From Octopus vulgaris (lineage: Eukaryota): a stretch of 64,000 nucleotides of DNA. Below, piece by piece: positions 53,408-64,000 of the stretch. The stretch's first letter is position 1; each line of letters opens with the position of its first letter. The translations under genes were made by a program, and so were the position numbers. The DNA lies in NCBI GenBank assembly GCA_951406725.2, contig OX597832.1, positions 21,142,001-21,206,000 of the forward strand, given 5' to 3'. The notes under the pieces are model-generated. The model was given only the letters and a program-made list of their open reading frames with translations, searched no databases and was not told the origin of the DNA.

Positions 53408-55229
53408 ATATGATTAAATAATAAGGGTAGAAATTGATATTAATGAATTAAAACCAGTGGCTTAGCATATGCTCTGAGTTCAAATCCCAGAATGGGATTT
53501 GAACACAGAGCATAGAGAGAAGAAAGTAATACTGTAAGGCATTTTATCCAACGCTCTTACAACTCAGCCAGTTCGACATGCGCCATCTGGATTCGATCCT
53601 ATGACATAATTAAGACATCACTTTGCCACATTATAATGGTTGCATCGGTGGATAAGATGTTCTCTCGCTGCTCTGTGGTTTCAAGTTCAATACCAATAAG
53701 TCATTTTATGTTGTTAAGCTGAGCCAAGGATCAGCTGGAAGATACACGAGACCCTGGAGCGAAAATGAACTTGTGATCCTATGATGACGTAGCGAACGTC
53801 TTAATTATTTGGTCATAAAGGCATCCATTTACACACACAAACACACACACACACACACAGATACATATATATATATATATACACAGTCACATGCAAATAG
53901 ACACACACATCTACACACAAATACAAAGACACACACACACGCACAGATACATACAAACACAAACAGGGGTATACAAACACACACGTGAACACACACTCAC
54001 ACACACAAATACATACACACATACATACACATGCACACACAAATACACACAAATACATACACATGCACACACACAAATACACCTTATCAATATAAGGTAT
54101 GTTCAACTCATGATGTTTATATGTAATAGCTCGACCCTCTAGACATAGCAGCCAAGTCTCCTTCAAATCGCAACCAACTATTTTTTATATATTTTATAAA
54201 AGGGACACTTTGCTTAATGCGGCTCTTAGTTCCATGTACACAGAAAAAAGACAGGATGGTCTTTACTGGAACACTTTTTACCATATCATACATCTGCTTA
54301 ATTAGGACTGACCGAGGGCTAAATAACAACAGCAACAGCAGCAGCAGCCGTTCAAGAATTTGGACCTGGAGATCTCCATTACCGCGACTTCGAGGGCCAC
54401 CTCCCAGTGGTGCCGGGCGTCAACGAAGAGCCCTCTACTACAACAAGAAGACCAAAGTTTTTTTTTCCAAAGTCTGGGGTCTCCCGCTCCTAAGCCCTAG
54501 ACCATCACCTAATCACCCTTACCCAACTTGTTCCTTAACAACAACAACAGCAGCAGCAAATGAAATCGATATTTTTAGTGCATGATGCAACTCATTTAGG
54601 GGATTGATCGACCTGTGGTCAGCATCCAAATTTCCCTCAAATCATGACCATCGTGTTTTACAAAACGCGAAGGACATATTGGAGGATGTACTCCAAGATA
54701 CACAAAGCCAGCCGTTCCAAAACTCATTCTGGAGCTGAATTCATGATGCCATTTTCCAAAATTGCAAATCTCAAGTCTATGATATTCGGCGACCAAGTGA
54801 TAGAATCGTTCGGGCAGCGGGGAGATTGCATTCCAATCCTCTGTGCTCTGAGTTCAAATCGCAGCGCTGTCAGCTTTACTTTTCATCCTTTTGGGGTCGA
54901 TAAATAAAATACCAGTCATGTACTGGAGTTGATTTTTTCTTTCTTTCTCCAGCTCTTACTGATTGTTTGTCATTTTGTCGCTTTCTGAAAGAAATTGACT
55001 CCAGTGGTTAGATCCGGAAAGAAATCGGCTCCGCCAAGTTTAAAATATGCAAGGCTCACCGAATGGTACAACGGTGACCCTTGTTTGCTCCATCAAGGAA
55101 TTAAAGGCCTCTGACACGGATATTTTCTGTTACCTGTATTTTTCGGAGAAACCCTGTTATCCTAATCTTAATAGCTCATTAGAAGAAATGAAAATGACAT
55201 TAGCGAGAAATTATCTTAGCAAGTGTTCA

Positions 55230-55375
55230 GAAGAGTACGACCGCGAGTACAAGCTTCCAGAATGAGGATTCTGGGAAGGATCTCTGGAGTAACGTTACTC
55301 GATACGATGTGCAGCTCGGAGATCCATGTTTAGCCACTACTTCCCGCACTGAGAGGCCACAGCTCCAGGAGTAGG
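55230..55375 (+). mobile_element. RTE-clade LINE ORF fragment
   Basis: RVRPRVQASRMRILGRISGVTLLDTMCSSEI..PLL..TERPQLQ resembles the RTE/Rex3 post-RT segment (IQAAEMSFLRRVAG..DRVRSS..PLLLRIERSQL). Confidence 0.65.
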
Positions 55376-55489
55376 GGGAAGGTATGTGTTTAGAAAGTTT
55401 GAATAAAGAAACGGAGGATCCATCGCCAACCATCACCAATCATTACCACAGAACAGATTTTACGTTTAATGCTACCCGGTAGGAGAACT

Positions 55490-55950
55490 AGGCGTGATGA
55501 TGGTGGGATGTCAAATATACCAGGCGTGAGGTGGTGGAATAATATCAAATATACCAGGCGTGAGATGATGGGATGATGTCAAATATACCAGGCGTGAGAT
55601 GATGGCTAATATAAAATATACCAGGATTGAGATGGTGGGATGATATGAAATATACCACGCGTGAGATGATGGCTAATATGAAATATGCCAGGAGTGAGAT
55701 GGTGGGACAATATTAAATATACCAGGCGTGAGATGGTGGGATAATATTAAATATACCAGGCGTGAGATGATGGCTAATATAAAATATACCAAGCGTGAGG
55801 TGATGGATAATATTAAATATACCAGGCGTGAGATGGTGGGATAATATCAAATATACCAGGCGTGAGATGGTGGGATAATATTAAATATACCAGGCGTGAG
55901 ATGATGGGATAATATTAAATATACCAGGCGTGAGATGGGGAGATAATATC
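55490..55950. repeat. 33-34-bp minisatellite, ~14 copies
   Basis: Unit AAATATACCAGGCGTGAGATGGTGGGATAATATT with the variant ..GATGATGGCTAATAT. Confidence 0.92.
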
Positions 55951-56439
55951 CATTGCTTCAGTTGGTTTCGCTTGAAAATCCAACCGGATCGTATGATAAC
56001 GTTCACTCCTAATATGTGTGTGTACGTGTCTGTGTGTCTCTCGGCCTTCGCTTGACAATCGATGTTGGTTTGCTCACGTCCCCGTAACCTAGTGTTTGAG
56101 TACAAATAGATCGATAGGATAAGTACCAGACTAACAGAATAAAAAAAACTAAATATTGGGGGTTCGATTCGTTCAATTAAAATTCCTTAAGGCGGTGCCC
56201 CAGTATGGCCGCAATCTAATGACAGAAATTAGTAAAAAAAAACGATACAGTTACCCACAAACAAAAAAATTATTCCTCATCTGGACATTCGAGTGTTTAT
56301 GACAGCCTTTTTGCCACGAGTACAAGGACAGGATTTTTCTTCTTTTATTTTATCTTCTTTTATTTGCGGTGGGAGATGGGGGTTAGCTCTGTGTGTGTGT
56401 GTATATATATATATATACACACACATGGATTCCAAAATT

Positions 56440-57332
56440 TTGCACAAGGCCAGCAATTTCGAAAGGAGTGAGTAATTCGATTATATCGACCCCATTGCAT
56501 AACTGGTACTTATATGATCGAACCCAAGAGGTTGAAATGTAAAGTGACCTCGACGTGATTAGAACTCAGAACGCAAAGACGGACGAAATGCGCGCAAGCA
56601 TTTTATCCACCCCACTCCCCCCAGAGTGTGTATAATACTATATTTATTTCTTTATTGCCCACAGGGGGCTAAACATAGAGGAGACAAACAAGGATAGACA
56701 AAGGGTCTACATCGACCCAAGTGCGTAACTAGTACTTATTTAATCGACCCCGAGAGGATGAAAGGCCAAGTCGACCTCGGCGGAATTTGAACTCAGAACA
56801 TAAAGACAGACGAATTACCTATTTCTTTACTACCCACAAGGGACTAAACACAGAGAGGACAAACAAGGACAGACAAACGGATTAAGTTCGATTATATTGT
56901 CCCCAGTGCGTAACTGGTACTTATTTAATCGACCCCGCAAGGATGAAAGGCAAAGTCGACCTCGGCGGAATTTGAACTCAGAACGTAACGGCAGACGAAA
57001 TACGGCTACGCATTTCGCCCGGCGTGCTAACGATTCTACCACCCGGCTCCCTCCAGAGTGTGTATAATACTATATATATTTCTTTACTGCCCACAAGGGG
57101 CTAAACATAGAGGGGACAAACAATGACAGACAAAGGGATTAAGCCGATTATATCGACCCCAGTACGAAACTGGTACTTAATTTATCGACCCCGAAAAGGA
57201 TGAAAGGCAAAGTCGACCTCGGCGGAATTTGAACTCTGTACGTAACGGCAGACGAAATACGGCTACGCATTTCGCCCGGCGTGCTAACGATTCTACCACC
57301 GGGCTCCCTCCAGAATGTGTATAATACTATAT
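56440..57332 (-). mobile_element. Array of four SINE-B bodies with a thrice-repeated unique flank
   Basis: CTCCC(T/C)CCAGA(G/A)TGTGTATAATACTATAT at ~56615, 57047 and 57304. Confidence 0.85.
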
Positions 57333-57887
57333 AACACCCACCTCTCTCTCTCTCTCTCCCACTTACTCTTCTTCCACCCCCTTATTTCTTCTTACTTCCT
57401 GATTTTCTCTTGAAATATTTTGTTTATCACTCGCAGACAACGCCTACCTTTAACAGCCTCCCTTTCTTCCACCTTCTTCTTTTCTCTTCTCTCCATCCAT
57501 TTGCCTAAATCCATTCATATTTTTCTATTATGCTACGACCTATCCCATCATGCTGCTCAGACTCCCTCTCATACATTCTCCACGTGTCCTTCTCTCGCTT
57601 CCTAAACTTTCACTATCCATATTCCGCCCCTCACTGAATTTGTTTTCCCTTCTCTTCTCATATTCCTCTTCTCTGTTATTCCTTCCTTCCTCTCTCTCTC
57701 TTTACCTTTTCTTTCTCTTCCTTACTTATGCCGTCCATCCCTTTCATCTCTCTCTCTCTCTTTCTCTCTCTCTCTTTCTTTCTTTCTCCTTTTCTATCAA
57801 CCTCTGCCTACTTCTCATATTCGTTACCTCTATCTTCTTCTTTTCCCTTTGGATTACAAGTACAACCCAGATGGCGAGGGAAGGGAC

Positions 57888-58031
57888 GAAGAAGAAGAAG
57901 AAGAAGAAGAAGAAGAAGAAGAAGAAGAAGAAGAAGAAGAAGAAGAAGAAGAAGAAGAAGAAGAAGAAGAAGAAGAAGAACAACAACAACAACAACAACA
58001 AGAACAAGAACAAGAAGAAGAAGAAGAAGAA
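57888..58031. repeat. (GAA)31(CAA)7 compound microsatellite
   Basis: Direct inspection. Confidence 0.95.
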
Positions 58032-58365
58032 GAGTATTGAAACGGATCGTTGGTATTTTATTTATGAACCCCGAAAACAGAAAATGAAAGGCAAGACCTG
58101 CGCAGAATTCGAACTCAGGACGGACAGATCAAAAGTCAATATACGAAGTAAATGAATCCAGTCGTACCACGTCGTAGCCCAAACAGTTTTTTTAAAATAG
58201 CAGATCGCATTAGGTATAAGCCCTAAAATGAAAATATTGATAGTAAATTGTGTGTGCATGCGTCTATATTTGTGCACGTATGTGTGTCTGTGTGTACACA
58301 TACTCTCACCGACGATACACACACTAATAGATTTACGTATATATATATATACACATTTATTTATA

Positions 58366-59143
58366 GGCGTAAGAGTGGCTGTGTGGTAAGTAGCTTGCCA
58401 CAGCGTGACACCTTGGGCAAGTGTCTTCTACTATAGCCTCGGGCCGACCAAAGCCTTGTCAGTAAATTTGGTAGATGGAAACTGAAAGAAGCCTGTCGTA
58501 TATATATATAGAGAAGAGGAATAGGCGCAGGAGTGGCTGTGTGGTAAGTAGCTTGCTAACCAACCACATGGTTCCGGGTTCCGGGTTCAGTCCCACTGCG
58601 TGGCATCTTGGGCAAGTGTCTTCTGCTATAGCCCCGGGCCGACCAATGCCTTGTGAGTGGATTTGGTAGACGGAAACTGAAAGAAGCCTGTCGTATATAT
58701 GTATATATATGTATTATGTGTGTGTGTGTGTGTGTTTGTCCCCCTAGCATTGCTTGACAACCGATGCTGGTGTGCTTATGTCCCCGTTACTTAGCGGTTC
58801 GGCAAAAGAGACCGATAGAATAAGTACTAAAGGCGGTGCTCCAGCATGGCCTCAGTCAAATGACTGAAACAAGTAAAAAAAAAAAAAAAAAAAAAAAAGA
58901 ATAAAAAATAAGAGATATGTATATATGTGTGTGTATATGTTTGTGTGCCTGTGTTTGTCACCCCAACATCACTTGACAGCTGATGCTGGCATGTTTACGT
59001 CCCGTAACGTATCGGTTCGGCAAAAGATACCGATAGAATAAGTACTAGGCTTACAAAGAATAAGTCCTGGGGTCGATTTGCTCGACTAATGGTGGTGCTC
59101 CAGCATGGCCAAAGCCAAATGACTGAAACAAGTAAAAGAGTAA
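58366..59143 (+). mobile_element. SINE family A cluster: 5' half, a full copy with poly(A), and an extra 3' half
   Basis: Heads at 58366 and 58524; tails at ~58875 and ~59140. Confidence 0.85.
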
Positions 59144-59337
59144 AGGGTGTATATATATATATATGTGTGTATGTATATATATACACTCACATATGCGCGT
59201 ATACACATGCACATACACACACACTCTCTCTCTCTCACATCCACGCACAAATACGCACGTTCACGCACACAACCTCACACGCACATACATACACACAAAC
59301 AAACGTACTCATACACACTCACACACGCATGTACGCG

Positions 59338-59368
<31 letters not shown>

Positions 59369-59701
59369 CACATACACATGCACAGGCACCCACCAAAATT
59401 CGAGAAAGCTGCAAGTGATTACTAGATCCTCTAGAAATAATAGCCAAATCTCCCTCAATTCACACTTAACCGTCTTAGGAAGAACTCATTAGATTACACA
59501 AGGAAGTGAGTGTGACGATTCGTTATGCATGAAAACAAGTCAGGATGGTCACTACAGGAATGCCTTTGTTATCATGACTACTTGATATTGATTGACCTGG
59601 GGTTATACAAAAGCTGTCAAACCTTCGCTTCAGTCATATTGAAAAATCAAAGCGCCTACGTGGTAACCTGTCTGCTAGAAATAACAACCAACTTGTCTTC
59701 G

Positions 59702-60275
59702 AGCAGGCGTGGCTTTGTGGTAAGAGGCCTGCTTCCGAACCAGATGGTTCCGGGTTCAGTCCCACTGTGTGGAACCTTGGGCAAGTGTCTTTTATTATAG
59801 CTTTGGGCCTGGATTTGGTAGACGGAAGCTGAAGGAAGCCCCTCTTCTATGTATGTGTGTGTGTGTGTTTCTCCCCACTCCCATCATTGCTTGACAACCG
59901 GTGTTGGTGTGCTTACGTCCCCGTAACTTAGCGGTTTGGCAAAAGGGACCGATAGAATAAGTACTACGCTTACAACGAATAAGTCCTGGAGTCGATTTGT
60001 TCGACTAAAACACTTTGAGGTGTTGCTCCAGCATGGCTACAATGAAATGACAGAAACAAGTAAAAGAATGTGTGTGTGAGTCTGTCCCCCACCACAGCTT
60101 GACAACCGGTGTTGGTGTCTTTACGTTCCCTTAACTTAGCGGTTCGGCGGAAGATACCGATAGAATAATAGGCGTTAGGGGAAAAAAAAGTCCTAGGTTT
60201 GACTTCTTCGACTAAAACCCTTCAAGGTGGTGCCCCAGCATGGCCGCAGTCAAATGACTGAAACAAGGAGAAGAT
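59702..60275 (+). mobile_element. SINE family A plus an additional 3' half
   Basis: GCAGGCGTGGCTTTGTGGTAAG head and two GCTTGACAACCGGTGTTGGTG..AAATGAC.GAAACAAG segments. Confidence 0.82.
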
Positions 60276-60330
60276 GAAAGGCAGATCGTACGCTATCACA
60301 AATCGATGAACCAACCCCTATATGGGTATT

Positions 60331-61420
60331 GAATATGCAAGAAATAGCAGCCAAATGTCCCTCAGAAACCACACCCTGTACCGAGTCTACTAAGCAGCCC
60401 TTCCATAGTCATTCAATATGCAAGAAATAGCAGCCAACTCTCCCTCAAAATCACACCCTGTGGCCAGTCTACTTAGTAGGCTTTGCATAGTCATTTAATA
60501 TGCTAGAAATAGCGCCCAAATCTCTCTGATGTCATCTTTGCATCGAGTCAACGTGGTAGCTCTTACATAATCATTCAATATGCTAGAAATTACAGCCAGA
60601 TCTCCCACAAAATCATACCCTGCGACGCAACACGATATTATGCTAGAAATAGTTGCAAAATCCCGCTAAAATCACATCCTTTCGCGTGCCAAAGAAGCAA
60701 CTTTTACGTGGTATTTTAATCAGTTAGAAATAGCAGCCACATTACCCTCGGAATCACACCTTACTGCTAGTCAACGAGGCAGCCCTTACACGGCCAATTA
60801 ATATGCTAGAAATAGTAGCCAAATCCCCTTCAAGGCACAAGCTACCGCGAGTCAACGAAGCAGTCGCTATATAGTCATTTAGTATGCCAGAAATAGCAGA
60901 CAAATATCTCTCAAAACACAACTAACCATGTCTAAAAGGGACAGCTTTACACAGGATTTTAATCTACAAGAAATAACAGTCAAATTTCCTTTGAAGTCAT
61001 GCCTTACATGGAGTAAACGAGAGATCAAGTCATCTGCTACGGACAATGAGAGCCTCAACATGATCGCTTAATATGCTAGAAATAGTAGCCAAATCTCCAT
61101 CAAGTCACAAGCTACCGCGAGTCAACGAAGCAGTCGCTATATAGTCATTTAGTATGCCAAAAATAGCAGACAAATATCTCTCAAAACACAACTAACCATG
61201 TCTAAAAGGGACAAGCTTTACACAGGATTTTAATCTACAAGAAATAACAGTCAAATCTCCGTAAGTCATACCTTACTTGGAGTAAACGAGAGATCAAGTC
61301 ATCTGCTACAGACCACGGGAGCCTCAACATGATCGTTTAATAAGCTAGAAATAGTAGCCAAATCTTCCTCAAACCACACAACTGTCTCAAAGAAAATAGG
61401 GACACGTCAGATAATGTGAT
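60331..61420. repeat. Diverged ~81-bp tandem array (13 cores) with a 270-bp higher-order duplication
   Basis: Core AATATGCTAGAAATAGCAGCCAAATCTCCCTCAAA recurs about every 80-83 bp; 60800-61069 is nearly identical to 61070-61340. Confidence 0.85.
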
Positions 61421-62716
61421 CCAGGGCTCCCTGGACACCGGAAATCGAAAGGGTGTTAAAAAAAACAATGGATCTCCTTTGATCGTGTGTGTGCCGGACA
61501 AAAGCTGACCAGCGGTCAAACGGCAAAAGACACGAACACCTCATCGAATGTGCGTTGCACTCGCAAAACTTCTCGCACTGAAGGGACCCTCCTACTCCCC
61601 TCACTCCATCTATCAAACCTCCTCTTCCTACTCCTCCTTCTCATTTTCGTCGTCCTCCTTCCTTCTTCCTCTTTTTCTCCTCCTACTATCACCACTACAA
61701 CTACTCCCACTGCTATCCACCATCTCACCTACGCTGATAACTCTCCTCCGTCCATTCCCCCCTCTTATTTCCAATACATTTTCTTCCTCCTACCGCTACT
61801 CTTCAATGCCAACACACAACACACACACACACACACAAACACCTCCTCTCACTTGTCGACCTCCTACTCCGGCGCTTCATTCACTCTCACTTTTCCTCCC
61901 ATTCAATCCATTCATTACATTTCTCCATCCAATACACTCATTTCTTCTGTCTTTTTTTGTGTTTTCTCTCACATTCTATTGTTTTCAAGAAATACGAAAT
62001 GCGGCCGGCTTTTATCGTCATCATCGTCACCAATGTCAGCATCATCATCATCATCATCATCAACTACAATAACATCATCATCAACATCATTGTCATCGTA
62101 GTCATCATCACATTATTATTGTCATTATTATTATTGTTGTTGTTGTTGTTGTTGTTGTTATTATTATTATTATTATTATTATCATCATCATCATCATCAT
62201 CATTCTTATTCACAGACCAATTTCTCATTTTTCGCTACGTCTATTCGTTTGAGTTTGCTTGATCTGTCTGTTTGTCTGTCTGCCTGTTTTTCTGTCTGTC
62301 TGTCTGTCTTTCCACCTGTCTGTCTGCATGTCTATCCGGATGTGTGTATGTATGTATGTATGTATGTATACGTTAAGTGTTTATGTCTGCATGCGTTTAC
62401 GTGCGTGCGTAACGTCTGTGTCAACGTTTTCAAGTACATCAACAACCGACTTTATTACCCACCATCATCAACATCATCATCATCAATGTCGCCATCATCA
62501 TCACCACCACCAATACCAACAACAACAATAACAACAACAACAACGACAACAACAACAACAGGGCTACAGGATTTCACATTCATCCAACTCTGCGTCTTCT
62601 CTGCGTAATCCTTGTTTGCCTACCTGCCTGCCTTTCAATCTATCTATCTAGATATTTAGATAGATAGATAGATAGATAATTATCTATCTATTTGTCTATC
62701 CATCTATCTATCTATG

Positions 62717-62772
<56 letters not shown>

Positions 62773-63670
62773 GTGTGTGTACGTGTGTGTGTGTGCGTGT
62801 GTGTATGTAATTTTCTATCTACCTATTTATTTATCTATCAAGTCATCTTTCTATCTATTTATCCATCCATTCATCTATCTATCTATCTATCTATCTATCT
62901 ATTTATCCATCCATTCATCTATCTATCTATCTATCTATTTACACACACACACACACACACACACACTCACGCACATTTATTATGCGTGTGGTGAGGTAGT
63001 TACGCTGTATGTGCTTATCTGTGTCGTTGTCTGCGAGTTTATCGGAACGTCTATATATGCTTTCACTTCTGCTATGAGTCCTTCGCATCGACGTATACGA
63101 GTACGCGTATGTACATGTATGTGTTTGTATGTGTTTGTGCGTTTATGTGCGTGCATGTATATGTATGTAATTGTGTGTTTGTGTGTGTGTGTGTTTGTAT
63201 GTTTTTGTACGTTTGCGTGTGTTTCTGTTTTGTATGTACTTGTGCGTGTGTGTGTGTGTGTGTGTTTGGGTGTGCATGCACGCTTGTGTGTGCATGCATG
63301 CGTGTGTATGTGCGTGTGAATAAATGTTTGTGCGTTTGTGTGTGTGTGTGTGTATATGTATGTGCGTGTATGTATCTGTATGTTTGTATGTGTTTATATG
63401 TGCTTGTGTATGCATGTGCGTGTGTATGTATGAGTGTGTGTGTGTGTCATCGATCACTGGGTCCATATATCTTTCTAAATGGCTCAGCTACTCTCTCTCT
63501 CTCTCTATCTATCTCTCTCTCTCTCACACACAAACGCAGTAGAAGAGGGCGCAATAACATTATTTAGAAGAGCGCACTTCTTTCCTTGAGGGGTGTACGT
63601 GCCCCTAGGCACCTCCCATACCTTGCATATATATATATATATATATACCCACACTCTTTTAAACTTAAAT

Positions 63671-63849
63671 TGTTTCAGTCATTTGACTGTGGCCATGTTG
63701 GAGCACCGCCTTTTAGTCGAGCAAATCGACCCCAGGACTTATTCTATCGGTGTCGTTTGCCGAACCGCTAAGTTACGGGGACGTAAACACACCAGCATCA
63801 GTTGTCAAGCGATGTTGGTGGGGGGACAAACACAGACATATATACACAG

Positions 63850-63928
<79 letters not shown>

Positions 63929-64000
63929 CGACAATATTCTTTCAGTTTCCGTCTACCAAATCCACTCACAAAGCTTTCGTCAGCCCGAGAATATAGAAGA
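63671..64000 (-). mobile_element. SINE family A, running off the window end
   Basis: Family-A 3' portion and internal CA/TA slot. Confidence 0.85.

Noticed and set aside
54325-54495. GC-richer stretch open in several frames after a CAG/CAA repeat
   Set aside because: No clear splice sites or recognisable motif; flanked by dispersed-repeat fragments.
60331-61420. CRISPR-like repeat/spacer appearance (also 43612-44025 and 55490-55950)
   Set aside because: Repeats are degenerate, spacers are homologous to each other or absent, there are no cas genes, and the context is eukaryotic.
62990-63070. TGAGGTAGT, identical to the first 9 nt of let-7
   Set aside because: The remainder diverges from let-7 and I could not form a convincing pre-miRNA hairpin.

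Overview
AT-rich, microsatellite-saturated animal non-coding DNA (intron or intergenic). The tRNA-derived SINE families and the (TA)n/(CA)n/(TATG)n/(GATA)n density look like an Octopus (coleoid cephalopod) genome; this is inferred from recalled repeat sequences, not from a search. I cannot support any intact protein-coding gene, RNA gene or CRISPR array, and nearly all ORFs in the track are translated microsatellites. The window holds dozens of copies of four tRNA-headed SINE families (A-D here). It also has decayed retroelement fragments (Penelope RT plus GIY-YIG region, an R4/Dong-like REL endonuclease 3' end, a CR1/Jockey-group 3' end, an RTE fragment), mariner remnants, mariner- and pogo-type MITEs, two non-autonomous Helitrons and several minisatellites. 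Four observations stand out: (i) small TA-embedded fold-back elements whose inverted arms enclose a hammerhead-like core; (ii) two candidate LINE-SINE tail partnerships visible inside the window; (iii) SINE-B multimers with a fixed junction and repeated self-insertion; (iv) an ~81-bp diverged array with a 270-bp higher-order duplication. Coordinates were counted by eye and may be off by a few bases.
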